Virus record (IMG/VR): IMGVR_UViG_3300010400_000002
Span: 14,309 to 78,308 of that record
Reading direction: 5' to 3' (one strand)
DNA: 64,000 nucleotides
From: a virus
Part shown: positions 10,677-22,039 of the stretch, in pieces
How the letters are laid out: each line of letters starts with the position of its first letter
Position numbering within the stretch: the first letter of the stretch is position 1
Translations under genes and position numbers: made by a program
Notes under the pieces: generated by a model
Seen by the model: the letters and a program-made list of their open reading frames with translations, nothing else
Database searches by the model: none
What the model was told of the DNA's origin: nothing

Positions 10677-12404
10677 ATGCTGTTCAACGAAGAAGTTCCT
10701 GAATCACAGTTTGAAATTGACCCGACATATCTGCCGGAGAATAGAAAGTTTCTTGCTTCTATACTTGGATTCAAGCCAACGGGTGAGCGAAATAACTGGG
10801 GTAATACGATGCGGTTTCTTCCGGTGCCTCTTCTTCCTCCTGGTAGTGGTGCTATTGCATCAAACATCGCCGCTCGTCAATTAGGAACAAAGAGTAGTGA
10901 CTATGGACAGCATGTAAAAGAGAACTTGTCGGGTGATATATCAGGAACATTAGTGGGACAGGGTGCAGGTGCGATAGCAGGAGGCATACTAAGTGGCAAT
11001 CCGGCTATGGTAGGTAGCGGTGCTGAAAGTGTTTTATCAAATGTACCTAATGCTTTCAATTTTAAAGACGTGAATCTGAATGGTGATTGGGAAACAAAAT
11101 ATTATCGCAAAGGTGGCATAATCCATTACGATGAAGGAGGCAAAATCATTATGGTCAACGGCAAAAAACCTTGGTGGGATGGTGGTGAGGACATCGCCAT
11201 GCTCGACAAAAAGACAGGCGCTCATGTAGGTGATGTTTCCTATGGTGAACGTATAATGGACAAGGGAGCAAATAAAAAGATGAAGGAACTGGCTGATAAA
11301 AAATCATTCTATAAACTGGGTAAGTATATCGCTGATGAAATGGAGACGCAGAATGATACCGATAATGAGACAGAGGAATTTAAAGAAGGTGGTGAGTTGA
11401 CCGCAGATAAAGCGAAACTGATTCTCAAAGACGGCACTATAAGAGGAAAGAAAATAACTCCGAAACAAAAAAGATTCTTCGGATTCATTGCAGGTGGTGG
11501 GCATCCTTCTCAATATAAAAGTGGTGGTACTATCGAAGTAAAAAAGTATGATACTGGTGGAGACATTCTTTCTCCTGACGGTGATGTGCAAGATATATTG
11601 AACAATCAAACAGATCAAAATTTATTCAACCTTGTAAAGCAAAATAATTGGGGAATACCTGCTGGCAAAACCTCAGATGCTCCATCCACACCTTTCAACT
11701 GGGATGAACTTGGCGGACCGGAACAACTATTCAACATAGGTCAATTAATCACAGGAATCACCGGAGCAAATGATAAACTTCCTTCCTATCATAAACCCGA
11801 TGAATGGAATCGCTTTCTTCTCGACCAACGTGCTCGTTCCTTATATGGTATGACCAACGCTGAACGTGCCGATCTGCAACGCATGAATGACCGCGCACTC
11901 ACGACAGGATTAAATAATGCAAGAGAGATTTCCGGTGGTAACAGTTCCTTCGCAGTAGGGGAAGCGTCGAAGTTTGCAGGTGACTACATGGACAGAGCGT
12001 TAAAACTTGCAGTGGCAAACGATAAGATCAAGCAAGACGCTACGGCTCGTTATGGCAATACGCTGATGCACGACATTGCTTATGACAAAGATGCTTTCGA
12101 TCAGAAGTATCAGGAAGCATTAATGAAGAAATCTGCGGCTGCCAAACTTGCACATACAGGATTACAGAATACCATTGACCAAGCTGACTACGAAAAAAAT
12201 TATGGAAAAAATTCTGTGAACCAACAGTACTTGCAGGCGCAGTTGGATTTGGTGAAGAAACTTACAGGAATGGATTACAGTCAGTTTGTGAGGGGATTAA
12301 TTCCTGATGTTGCAACACCGACAACAGATTCTTTCGGCGCACCTATCGCAACAGAATTTACAGGTGGAAGTAATCAGGATTGGTGGAATAGCGTAAATCA
12401 ATAA
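10677..12404 (+). CDS. internal virion (cargo/ejection) protein 1
   Basis: Gly-rich hydrophobic segment, repeated (Y/F)xxGG motifs, coiled-coil C-terminal half. Confidence 0.55.
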   Translation: MLFNEEVPESQFEIDPTYLPENRKFLASILGFKPTGERNNWGNTMRFLPVPLLPPGSGAIASNIAARQLGTKSSDYGQHVKENLSGDISGTLVGQGAGAIAGGILSGNPAMVGSGAESVLSNVPNAFNFKDVNLNGDWETKYYRKGGIIHYDEGGKIIMVNGKKPWWDGGEDIAMLDKKTGAHVGDVSYGERIMDKGANKKMKELADKKSFYKLGKYIADEMETQNDTDNETEEFKEGGELTADKAKLILKDGTIRGKKITPKQKRFFGFIAGGGHPSQYKSGGTIEVKKYDTGGDILSPDGDVQDILNNQTDQNLFNLVKQNNWGIPAGKTSDAPSTPFNWDELGGPEQLFNIGQLITGITGANDKLPSYHKPDEWNRFLLDQRARSLYGMTNAERADLQRMNDRALTTGLNNAREISGGNSSFAVGEASKFAGDYMDRALKLAVANDKIKQDATARYGNTLMHDIAYDKDAFDQKYQEALMKKSAAAKLAHTGLQNTIDQADYEKNYGKNSVNQQYLQAQLDLVKKLTGMDYSQFVRGLIPDVATPTTDSFGAPIATEFTGGSNQDWWNSVNQ

Positions 12405-12405
12405 G

Positions 12406-13737
12406 ATGCCAGATTTTGCTTTGTATGATTCTTTAAATGTTGCTCCTCACTTCGATGTGAGGCGGCGCGATGCTATGGCAAACCTGACTATTGCCAAGCA
12501 GATGAAAGATGATGCCATTGCACAGATGCAGGAGCGCATGAAAGCAATGGCATCAATAAGCGATGCACTCAATGAAACTACCGATGCAGAGAAAACATTT
12601 CTTGATCCCGATGCAGAAAGATTGAAGGCAAAAGAAAATGAGATCAGGAGAAAGAATATCATTGAACCATTACAATCAAATAATAATGATGCGCTGATGT
12701 TTGAGATGAGCGGAGGTGATGCGTTCAAAAAAAAATATCACCGTGAGTTGGTTGGTAGTGAAGAATTCAGGAATGGTGTAGAGAATGCACAGAACTATAA
12801 GTTAGGAGTAGCAGCTACTATGAAAGGAGAAATCCTTTCTCCTGTGGAAGTGGAATTCCCGGGTGGGACAAAACAAACTGTTCCGTGGCATGACGCTGTT
12901 GACCTCTACAATCAGAAGGTGATTAAAAAACTTCCTTTCAAGTCCAGTGCGCCACTTGCTGAATTCGATCCGCTTGACTTCATGAAATTTGAAATCCCTG
13001 ATGCTGACATGAAGCACAAAGGATTTGTGGGACTGAAGTATCTCGCTGATCGGATACAGGCAGGAAATCCGAAACTCAACCTAACTGATGAGCAGGCGAT
13101 GGAGCAGGCGAAGTTGTATCAGAATAAAGATGTGCAGGGTGCTTCTATGTTTACGTGGGGAAGGAGGTTGCCACACAGTTCGGGATTAAGTTCCTTCTAT
13201 GCAAAGCAGGGTGAGCAGCAGCAAAATACATTGCAACGCTATCAGTATTTAAAGCAGGGAATAAAAACCAATCCTGCATTGATAGGACAGATTGTGATGA
13301 ATCAACCATATAACGGAGGTATCATTACCGGCTTTAAAATTCATCCACAAGGTGTTCCCATTAAAGCAATAGGAACAAATAAAATGTTCACGCCATCCAG
13401 CCCAATTGCCTTGATAGAATACACTACTAAAAATAAACATGGAAATTTCATAAAAGAACAAGACGAGATACGATTAACAAAGGAGAATGATTATGGTTTC
13501 CAGTTGTTCAACAAACTCGCAAACATTAATCGTGAAGGAACAGCGCAGTTCGTAAATCCTGAAGAACTGAATGCTATCTACCAAAGTGATCCTGAATATT
13601 TTGGTGGTGGAAGTACACCGCAGCAAACAGCAACAAAATCAAATGCTCAATATACAGCCACAATGCCTGATGGCTCATTAATTTATTCTCTTGATGGTCA
13701 AAGTTGGGTAGATGAAAAAGGAAATCCTGTACAATAA
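12406..13737 (+). CDS. internal virion (cargo) protein 2
   Basis: 443 aa helical protein between two cargo-like genes; the next gene overlaps its stop codon. Confidence 0.45.
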   Translation: MPDFALYDSLNVAPHFDVRRRDAMANLTIAKQMKDDAIAQMQERMKAMASISDALNETTDAEKTFLDPDAERLKAKENEIRRKNIIEPLQSNNNDALMFEMSGGDAFKKKYHRELVGSEEFRNGVENAQNYKLGVAATMKGEILSPVEVEFPGGTKQTVPWHDAVDLYNQKVIKKLPFKSSAPLAEFDPLDFMKFEIPDADMKHKGFVGLKYLADRIQAGNPKLNLTDEQAMEQAKLYQNKDVQGASMFTWGRRLPHSSGLSSFYAKQGEQQQNTLQRYQYLKQGIKTNPALIGQIVMNQPYNGGIITGFKIHPQGVPIKAIGTNKMFTPSSPIALIEYTTKNKHGNFIKEQDEIRLTKENDYGFQLFNKLANINREGTAQFVNPEELNAIYQSDPEYFGGGSTPQQTATKSNAQYTATMPDGSLIYSLDGQSWVDEKGNPVQ

Positions 13738-16700
13738 TGCCAAATGGACAAGATATAAAATTACCAAAGGGAGCGACACTTGTTACTTCGCCTCCTGTGT
13801 CCGGCATTAAATTACCGAAAGGTGCAACGCTTATAAATAATAAATCCGATGAATCACAAGCGAAAGTGCCGCAAGTGCAAGAAGAAAAAAATGGTGTAAA
13901 TGCGCAACCAACAGACGCTACGGCAGCGAATAGCACTACGGAAGTACCGCAAAAAGAAAATAACAGCATTCCAAAAAATTTGGACAATCACATTAAGGCG
14001 CTTCAAAATGTTAAACAGAATATTAGCATCTACTCGCAATCAATTCCAAAGAATGCTCCATTAACATTACCTACCAAAGAACAAGAGGCGCAGATAGAAC
14101 CTGCAATTGTAGCAAGCGGAGGAAGAAATGCTACAATAGAGGATGATGGAAATATTATTGACTATAGTAAGCCAAACCAAATTACTCAGTGGGCACAATC
14201 GCAACTTGAAAAATTAAATGCGATTCCTGCATTTGATGGAACACCAACCGGAATGGGTATTCCTGATGTTACACCAATTACACCAATTATTGTTGCTGGT
14301 AAAGAAGTTGCAAAATCAATACTTGGAAGTATAAGCGGACTGGGCGAAGGAATTCAGCAGGCAACAAAAGGAAGTGAGGATATAAGAATACCATCTTCAC
14401 AAAATAGATTAGCTGCATTGGAACTTCCGGCAGGATTAGTAAAATCAGGATTTAGCGGATTAAGTTTGGTGGTGCCGCAAGTTGCTGCATTTAATCTTGG
14501 AATACAGGAAGCGGGAAATGTACTTCCTGAAAAATGGGTGCAAGCAGCGATGTCACCCGTGTCAACTATTTTGCAAGAAACACATGGCATAGTAAACTTC
14601 AATGGTAAAATTTATGATCTCGGAAATAGCGATGGAGTAAAGGCTGCTGCTGAATTAACTGACCTTGTATGGGATATATTTTTATTCAAGAAAGCGGAAG
14701 GGTTGGGTAAAAAGATAATTCATAATGAAGTTCTCACTCCTATTGAACAAGCTGAGGCGAATAAGATTATTGATGAAGGTATCAAAGATTTTGGAACACC
14801 ATTCAAGAAAGAAACTTTAAATAAAATTCCTCCTGAATTACCGGATGCAGTAAAGATAAAAGTTGCTCCATTGATTGAGGAGAAAGAAAAAATAATTGAT
14901 GGAAAGCAAAATATTGATGTTGGATTACATCAGTTAGAAGATCAAAAAATTGCTGACATCAATGAACAAATAATTGACCACGTTGCGCCACAACCATTTA
15001 CTGTTTCTGAATTTGAAGTTCACCCAAAAGAAAACATCTCTGCTGTTGTTGGTAAAGATGCTGAATACAAAGGAAAGATCGGTGTGATCGAAAAAGACGA
15101 TGAAGGCAATTTTGTTTTCAATGATGGCAAACGACAACAGATACTTCCGGTAGAAAATAAAGTAGAGCCGACAGAAACAATTTCCGACTCGGGATTGACA
15201 GTAGCCAAAGAGAAAATTTTCAAAGGAGAAATTCCGGTAATCGTGAAGCAAGGTGATGTTGAATATCGTAACAGGAAATACTTTGTATCGTTCACCAATG
15301 ATCCGAAAGATGCAACAGGAACGAGAGTATATGAATATACTAAGGACAAAAATTTACTTCCTGTTGGCAAGCCTAAAAAAGTCAATGAAATAATTCAACA
15401 GTTCAAAGACGAGAATGGAATTGCAACGAAGCAATCACCATTTGAATTTCCGAAGTCAAAAGAAGGAGAACCAACAATCTCAGAGGGTGACGGGACTGCT
15501 AAAGGGGAGTTGCAAGTTCCGTTATCCTCTGAACCTAAAACGACCGACAATGTTTCCGACAAACCACCAGTGTCAGATGAGCGACAACAGGAGTCAGCAC
15601 CAATCGGTGAAGCTCCCAGTGCCGAAACCGTCGTTAGCGAAGAGGTTAAAGCGCCGGAGGAAAAAGTAGATGAAGCCAAACAGTTCGCTATTGACATGGT
15701 GAACAATGATCTTGTTGAGCCAGGGAATACTTCTCGAAGTGAAATGACAATCAAGGGTAGTGGCAAGAAAGCAAGTGCGAACATCGAACCACGACTTGAC
15801 TTAGGAATGAGTAGTGCCGATAAGAACAAAGCTATTGCTGACATCAAAAAAGGAAACTACGAAACAGCACCAGCTAAGAAGTTAATTCAAAAGTTAAGTG
15901 AGTTCCATAAGAATGATGCGTTTGAGATGATACGCGGAACGGGTGGTAATGCTGATCGGTTTATGGAACTGACGCTCGAAGAAATGCGTCATCAGATTGA
16001 GGACATGAAAGAATTCAAGGCAGCCGAAGCCATGAAGGGAATACCGGATGAAGAAGCGCAGGCGATAGAAGATTTTGTCAGACCTTTTGAAGATGAGCAT
16101 GGAAACATTAATTTTGAGGAAGCGATAAAACATCTTGATGAAATCGGATGGACATTACCTGAAGGACATGAGGAAAGAATTTCGGACTTAATCAAAAAAA
16201 TAAAAGATGAAACAGGAAAGCGAGAAGTCCAAAAAGGCGAAGCAAATTCTTCTGGGTCTGTTAGCAGCGAAGCGCCGGAAGGAGTCATCAAAGATGAAAA
16301 GCCCCGCACAAGAGAACAAATCCTCCAAGAGTTAGAGCAGGCTAAAGCGGAGCACGCTACCGCAGAGAGTGACTACAACAAAGCCAAAGATGCTCTCGAC
16401 AAAAATCTACAAGGCAAGCAGGGTGATTTACTACAAGGTAATGAGCAGAAGTTGTTTGATGACACTTCTGAAATGAAGTCCAAAGCGGATGCAGCTAAGA
16501 AAACTCTTGACGCTGCAAAAGAAAAACTCGATGCCGCACAGAAGTTGGCTGATGATAATTTACCAGGGCAACAGGAGATACTTAGTCTTTCACATGGACT
16601 CACCCCTGAGCAAATAAATGAAAGTGCCCAATTCGTTGTTAAGTTTGAACGGGATGAATTACCTACCGATATAAAACTTGCAAAAGAACAACAAGAAAAA

Positions 16701-19700
16701 GCGTTTGGTCGCGATAAAGAATCTTACAATGAAAAAATTAAGTATTTAGAAGATCGGCTTAAATATCTATCTGATCAGAAAAATTTTGATGCTGAGGTCG
16801 AGAAAATAAAAAGCAAGTATGATCAACCAACTTCCTTAGAACACGAAGCTAAGAATCTCGCTGATAAAATTCGCGGACTGAAAGGAAAACCACTAATGGT
16901 TCGTGATTCTGTCACTGGTGAAATGGTGGAAGTAAAATCAAAATCATTCTTTGATGAAGCCATTGACATAGTTGCTAACCTCATTGAGAAAGCAGGCAAG
17001 GAACTGAATCACACAAAACTTGGTGATGCAATTGTCGCGGGACTAAAGCATATCCGCTCTTCTGAGTGGTACAAGAAACTTAAATTCTCCGAAAAGCAGG
17101 GTGTGATAAAAGAATTCAAAGCGATGTTTGCTCCGATGCAGGAAGCATTAGTGAAGGGAAGGAAGGAAGATTTGAAGAAGCGAACAGAGAACACTACCGG
17201 ACAGCGTGACCTTTCTGAAAAAATTAAGACCACGGCGCGACGCATATTCCGACAGAATGAAATTTCATTCAAGCGTGGTGTGGGCGCAGAGAGAAAGGGA
17301 CAGTCAATACAGCGCAAAGAATTCGCTGCGGCAATCGCTGACCTACTAAAGTCAAACCAGCTAAAAGGTGAAATAACTCCAGCACAATTCAAGACTATTA
17401 TTAAAGCCGCTACCAACATTGGCACAGAAGCGCAACTCAATCGTTTCCTCACATTTTCCGACCGTGTTATCAGTGATGCTAACTATGCACAGCGCATATC
17501 TGACATCTCTGCCACAAGAAAGAAACTTGGCTCACGCGATTATGGTACGTTGACAAATACTGTCAAGTCATTTCTTGCTATCAACCCGCGCAGTGTTCCT
17601 CTCGACAAACTGGATTTGTATGAGCGTGTGATAAATGGGCTTGCACAGAAGCGTGTTCCGTCAGCAACAGAGCTGGTACGCAACTACAATGAGATTGCAG
17701 ATGCAGTGCAGAGCAAAACATTTCCGTCTGAAGGTAAGTCGTATAATGATATTGAAGATGGACTTGCCGAACTCACACAGGCGAAATTTGATAATGTTGA
17801 TGACTACATAAAAGCACGTCAGCAATTAGCAGCACTCAATCGGGGGTTACAGAAACTAATTAATGAGGGAAGCATAACACCGGAAGAATCGGCACAGGCG
17901 CAAGACCTGTTTATGCAGACTGGAAAAACATTGGAAGAGCATGCAGCAGAAAATCTTCTTGCCGAAGAAGTGAAACTGAAAGATGAAATGATTACAGAAG
18001 CGAAAATGATTGCTTCAAATCAGGAGCTTGCCGATTTCACGCCGGAGCAGAAGAAATACATTGAGAAGTTTCAGTCAATTCCTGAATCACTACTAAAGCA
18101 AATGCCGATTGAAGATGTAGATGCTTATGTGAAGGTGATGGATGGACTGGATGATGGGTTGGTGAATAGTAAAATGTATGAGTTGCTGAATAAAGCAGGG
18201 CTGATGAAAGCCACCAACGAAATCAAAGGACAGGTGCTCGATCAGGCGATCAACAAAACCGGAAAGGCAATAAAGGTATTAGGACAGAAAATAGAAGTAC
18301 CTAATCCGAAGAAACTATTTGGTGATCTAACTACAAGAGGGAAATATTTCTGGGATGAATACTTTGGACTGGGTGGGCAGAAGCCGATATGGAAAACAAT
18401 AGTAAGCCCAATCCTTCGCGCCTACAATCACATGCAGTTGGATGCAATTAGGTTGCGGAGTGAATATCATACAGCGTCCAAAAAAGTAAACAGTGTTGAT
18501 AAAGCCAAAATATCTATTGTGCTGAATCAACTCGACTACCAAAGTAACCCTATTCGTCTTGAAGATAAAACGGTGCATGACTTTGCCGATCTTCCAAATC
18601 AGGAGAAAGATTATTTCAAAGTGATAAACAATCCTGACAATGCGATGCTCGGACTCAACAATGTCCGTATCGCCGATCAGAAGATTGCGCGTGAAGCGTA
18701 TACTGAATTACCAAAGGACTCTTATGGCAACATTGACACGCAGAAGGCACTCGATGAATTGAATGGTGATCCTGACATAAAAGCGTTACTCGATACTGTT
18801 CAAAAAATAAAAGATGCGCTGGAAGATAAGAACCGTGTAGCAACGGAAAAGCGTGGTGATGTATATGTACCGCGCGAAAATTATCATCCTCGCATGGTGC
18901 GACAGTCACGACCTCGTGGAGGGCTATTCGATACCGAACCACTTACGGCGGAACAGGCAGTAGAATCATTACTCGGTAAGCCTGTAAATAATGTGACAGC
19001 AAGGGCAGGCTCTACTCATGCACGTACCGACTACCGCTACTATGTTTCTTACAACCTTGACCATGTAATCGGTAACCACATTCAGGATGTGTTGCGTGAT
19101 TACCATTTGGGTGATCCCATGAAGCAAAGGTTGGGAGCACTTGGCTCGCTGATGCTATCACAGACGGGAGGAAAGCAAGCAACAGCGAGGGCACTGTATG
19201 AAGCGATGAAAGATGGTGTGGTGACTTCATTTCATCTCGACAATAAAGTTGCGAATGATGATATGAAGCTGATTGAAAAAGTTCTCTCCACTACACGAAC
19301 ACTTGCACTTGCGCGACCTACTCGCTTGATAAATGACTTCGCCTCCAACTTCGTGAGAGAAACATTATCAAGCGGTCAGATTAATCCGGGACGACACGAA
19401 GCATATAAGCAACTGCTCGACAATTCATATTCATCATTGATGTTTAAAGCGGGCAAGTACGCTGAAGAACGGTATGAAACAAATCAGGGTGCAATGCGTA
19501 AACTCGCTGATGCTATCATTCCGTTTGCTGATACACCGGTTACTCGTGCTGCATTTGCCGGAGCATTCGACACGAGATTCGAAACACTCACAGGAGAGCG
19601 ATTTAATCCAGACGAGTATGTTAAATCAGAAGCGTATCGTGATAAATTCGCTGCACAGATTGATGATGCCTCATCCCATGCTGAAGCCTCCATGTCGCAG

Positions 19701-20843
19701 AAGTTCAATGCTCAAACACCTTTTGCGGCTGCTTCAAAAACGAAATGGACACCACTTGGTTCGCCGAAAGAAAAATATAGTCTGATCTCACAGGCGCTTG
19801 GATTTCTGAATTCATGGAATGCAAATGATACTCGTAATCTTCTTACTAAAGCAAAACAATTGTATGATGGCTCAGGAACGGGGCGTATGGATGCGCTCAG
19901 AGATATTTCTGGTGTGTTAGCATCTAACTATGTTTACACCACGACTGCTATTCTTGTAGCTAACATCATCAAAAATGGAATTGCTTCAGCACTCGATGAT
20001 GATGAAAAAGGATGGTGGCAGGAGTTGGGTGATGATTTTGAAAAAGGATTTTCAGACACTTTCAATACAGAGACGCAAGGTGAAGTTGGTGTAGGTACGG
20101 TGCTGTCACTTGCTATGGGGCGTTACGGAAATTTGTTCCGTGGAATGTATGCACTCATATCAGGTATTCTCGCCAACGGTCTTAAGGATAATCCGGCAGC
20201 ACTGTCGAAACTCGATGCTGTTAATGGTGGCATGACGCGCACATTCTATGCTGATCCTATAAAGAGCGATAGTCGAACAGTGGATATGTTGCGACTTATC
20301 CCGGCTATGGGAGAAATAGCTGCACAAGTTTATCAAGGTAGTTCCTCAGCAATAGCCTTAACAAACAAGGTGGCTAATGATGGCTTTGAATCTCTCAACG
20401 CTTCTGATAAAGATTTATGGACTACGATTCAGGCTACAAATTATCTGATCGGCGCCGCTTTTCCAAATCCTATCTCTCCTGAGTTTCATACGGAGTCACG
20501 ACGCATTGCATCTGCTGTCATTCAGGATGAAAAGAATGATCGTATGAGAGCAATCGGTGTGTACGACATTTATGAAAAGGCAAAAGCCAATGAACTTATT
20601 CCACCCATTGCGCCAAATACCGTTACTATTGATGGAGAGAAACGAACACTGACTTACAAGGAACATGAAGAATTTAATGACCTTGTGATGAAGTACCGGA
20701 AAGAATGGGTTGATGACCTTCGCAAAAATGATCCTGAATTTAAGAAGGCACCACAGAAAGAAAAGATCAAAATGATTAAATCAGCTTACGCGAGTGGATA
20801 TAATGAGGCTAAAGATGAATTTTTTAACACAGAAGAAAAATAA
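13737..20843 (+). CDS. giant internal virion/ejection protein (2368 aa)
   Basis: Duplicated N-terminal IKLPKGATL, long acidic/coiled-coil middle, hydrophobic C-terminal segments; no catalytic motif recognised. Confidence 0.6.
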   Translation: MPNGQDIKLPKGATLVTSPPVSGIKLPKGATLINNKSDESQAKVPQVQEEKNGVNAQPTDATAANSTTEVPQKENNSIPKNLDNHIKALQNVKQNISIYSQSIPKNAPLTLPTKEQEAQIEPAIVASGGRNATIEDDGNIIDYSKPNQITQWAQSQLEKLNAIPAFDGTPTGMGIPDVTPITPIIVAGKEVAKSILGSISGLGEGIQQATKGSEDIRIPSSQNRLAALELPAGLVKSGFSGLSLVVPQVAAFNLGIQEAGNVLPEKWVQAAMSPVSTILQETHGIVNFNGKIYDLGNSDGVKAAAELTDLVWDIFLFKKAEGLGKKIIHNEVLTPIEQAEANKIIDEGIKDFGTPFKKETLNKIPPELPDAVKIKVAPLIEEKEKIIDGKQNIDVGLHQLEDQKIADINEQIIDHVAPQPFTVSEFEVHPKENISAVVGKDAEYKGKIGVIEKDDEGNFVFNDGKRQQILPVENKVEPTETISDSGLTVAKEKIFKGEIPVIVKQGDVEYRNRKYFVSFTNDPKDATGTRVYEYTKDKNLLPVGKPKKVNEIIQQFKDENGIATKQSPFEFPKSKEGEPTISEGDGTAKGELQVPLSSEPKTTDNVSDKPPVSDERQQESAPIGEAPSAETVVSEEVKAPEEKVDEAKQFAIDMVNNDLVEPGNTSRSEMTIKGSGKKASANIEPRLDLGMSSADKNKAIADIKKGNYETAPAKKLIQKLSEFHKNDAFEMIRGTGGNADRFMELTLEEMRHQIEDMKEFKAAEAMKGIPDEEAQAIEDFVRPFEDEHGNINFEEAIKHLDEIGWTLPEGHEERISDLIKKIKDETGKREVQKGEANSSGSVSSEAPEGVIKDEKPRTREQILQELEQAKAEHATAESDYNKAKDALDKNLQGKQGDLLQGNEQKLFDDTSEMKSKADAAKKTLDAAKEKLDAAQKLADDNLPGQQEILSLSHGLTPEQINESAQFVVKFERDELPTDIKLAKEQQEKAFGRDKESYNEKIKYLEDRLKYLSDQKNFDAEVEKIKSKYDQPTSLEHEAKNLADKIRGLKGKPLMVRDSVTGEMVEVKSKSFFDEAIDIVANLIEKAGKELNHTKLGDAIVAGLKHIRSSEWYKKLKFSEKQGVIKEFKAMFAPMQEALVKGRKEDLKKRTENTTGQRDLSEKIKTTARRIFRQNEISFKRGVGAERKGQSIQRKEFAAAIADLLKSNQLKGEITPAQFKTIIKAATNIGTEAQLNRFLTFSDRVISDANYAQRISDISATRKKLGSRDYGTLTNTVKSFLAINPRSVPLDKLDLYERVINGLAQKRVPSATELVRNYNEIADAVQSKTFPSEGKSYNDIEDGLAELTQAKFDNVDDYIKARQQLAALNRGLQKLINEGSITPEESAQAQDLFMQTGKTLEEHAAENLLAEEVKLKDEMITEAKMIASNQELADFTPEQKKYIEKFQSIPESLLKQMPIEDVDAYVKVMDGLDDGLVNSKMYELLNKAGLMKATNEIKGQVLDQAINKTGKAIKVLGQKIEVPNPKKLFGDLTTRGKYFWDEYFGLGGQKPIWKTIVSPILRAYNHMQLDAIRLRSEYHTASKKVNSVDKAKISIVLNQLDYQSNPIRLEDKTVHDFADLPNQEKDYFKVINNPDNAMLGLNNVRIADQKIAREAYTELPKDSYGNIDTQKALDELNGDPDIKALLDTVQKIKDALEDKNRVATEKRGDVYVPRENYHPRMVRQSRPRGGLFDTEPLTAEQAVESLLGKPVNNVTARAGSTHARTDYRYYVSYNLDHVIGNHIQDVLRDYHLGDPMKQRLGALGSLMLSQTGGKQATARALYEAMKDGVVTSFHLDNKVANDDMKLIEKVLSTTRTLALARPTRLINDFASNFVRETLSSGQINPGRHEAYKQLLDNSYSSLMFKAGKYAEERYETNQGAMRKLADAIIPFADTPVTRAAFAGAFDTRFETLTGERFNPDEYVKSEAYRDKFAAQIDDASSHAEASMSQKFNAQTPFAAASKTKWTPLGSPKEKYSLISQALGFLNSWNANDTRNLLTKAKQLYDGSGTGRMDALRDISGVLASNYVYTTTAILVANIIKNGIASALDDDEKGWWQELGDDFEKGFSDTFNTETQGEVGVGTVLSLAMGRYGNLFRGMYALISGILANGLKDNPAALSKLDAVNGGMTRTFYADPIKSDSRTVDMLRLIPAMGEIAAQVYQGSSSAIALTNKVANDGFESLNASDKDLWTTIQATNYLIGAAFPNPISPEFHTESRRIASAVIQDEKNDRMRAIGVYDIYEKAKANELIPPIAPNTVTIDGEKRTLTYKEHEEFNDLVMKYRKEWVDDLRKNDPEFKKAPQKEKIKMIKSAYASGYNEAKDEFFNTEEK

Positions 20844-20852
20844 CTTTACGCT

Positions 20853-21773
20853 ATGAGTCTATCACTGAAGGCAACAGTTCAATTACAATTCACGAGCGAG
20901 TCGGTCCAAAACGAATTATATTTCGATGACTCCACCGGAGACTATGACGCAAGTACTAATCCAGGAGGTTACGGAACCCCCAATCCAACCAAAGCAAGCA
21001 TTACTTCGACCTCATTACAGATGATTGCCCCTGGTTCCGATGATGTGGCTGTACTTACACCGTGGACATATCTGCCAACCGATGCCAACCCTGCCACTAT
21101 CACTTGTGATATGTATGTTCCGATAGAAGAAGAAACGTGCGACTACGCTATTAATATTGGCAGTCCCGCTTATCCTCTCGCTAACTTCACAGTAATAAAA
21201 AATGGTGAGTCAACTAATATTGGCTCTATGTTGAATCAGGCGGCAGTATCGGCTTACTTCGTTTCACAAGGATTCACAGATGCTTACCCCGCATTCTCCA
21301 AACTACAGACCGAAGATGTATGGACATCGGTAGCATGGACGGGACAATCGGCAATAACATTTACTCCTGACAACTGTGTTGACGATGATCCTACAACAGA
21401 TGGTTGCGCTGATTGCCCTGATGATATTTTAGAGACTGACTGCGATGATGAAGAAACGACGTGCTTTGTAGATGGATGCTGGACATTTATCTACACGGTA
21501 TTTACTGGAAGCACCGTAATTGCCACTACTACATTCACACAATTTTTCTATGGACAGACATTGAAGAGACTGGAAGATTTGTTTTCTCTTTATTACAGCA
21601 ACCAGCTTCCGAATGTTGAGAATATAAACTGGCAACTACAACTCAATATTCTCAAAAATGATTTCGACAATGCTTTGGTGAATGCAAGCGTGAATGACTG
21701 TGACTGTTTGTGCATGACCAACATCCTTGCTTCGATACAGAAAAGGTTAACAGAGTACGAAAACAAAATATAA
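20853..21773 (+). CDS. putative tail hub/fibre-attachment protein
   Basis: DSTGDYDASTNPGGYGTPNP motif, DGCWTFIYTV, Cys-rich C-terminal helices. Confidence 0.5.
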   Translation: MSLSLKATVQLQFTSESVQNELYFDDSTGDYDASTNPGGYGTPNPTKASITSTSLQMIAPGSDDVAVLTPWTYLPTDANPATITCDMYVPIEEETCDYAINIGSPAYPLANFTVIKNGESTNIGSMLNQAAVSAYFVSQGFTDAYPAFSKLQTEDVWTSVAWTGQSAITFTPDNCVDDDPTTDGCADCPDDILETDCDDEETTCFVDGCWTFIYTVFTGSTVIATTTFTQFFYGQTLKRLEDLFSLYYSNQLPNVENINWQLQLNILKNDFDNALVNASVNDCDCLCMTNILASIQKRLTEYENKI

Positions 21774-21776
21774 CTT

Positions 21777-22037
21777 ATGATACAAAAACAAAAAATTTCA
21801 TTCTGGAAAAACAACCAATCAAAGGGCGAATTTGATCTGCCTTTTAATATTGCCGACATGAGAGGTATTGATAAGATTGCTGCTGACAACAAAATTGAAT
21901 GGGATTCTTACTACATAATAAAATATTGGGAGGAGGGTATAATACTCCGACGCGAATCAATAGAATCACATTTACAGGATGAAGGTCCAAATACTTGGAA
22001 GGAAACATTCAAATTTGATTATCCAACAAAATCTTGA
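21777..22037 (+). CDS. hypothetical protein
   Basis: ORF fills the gap in the operon. Confidence 0.45.
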   Translation: MIQKQKISFWKNNQSKGEFDLPFNIADMRGIDKIAADNKIEWDSYYIIKYWEEGIILRRESIESHLQDEGPNTWKETFKFDYPTKS

Positions 22038-22039
22038 CT

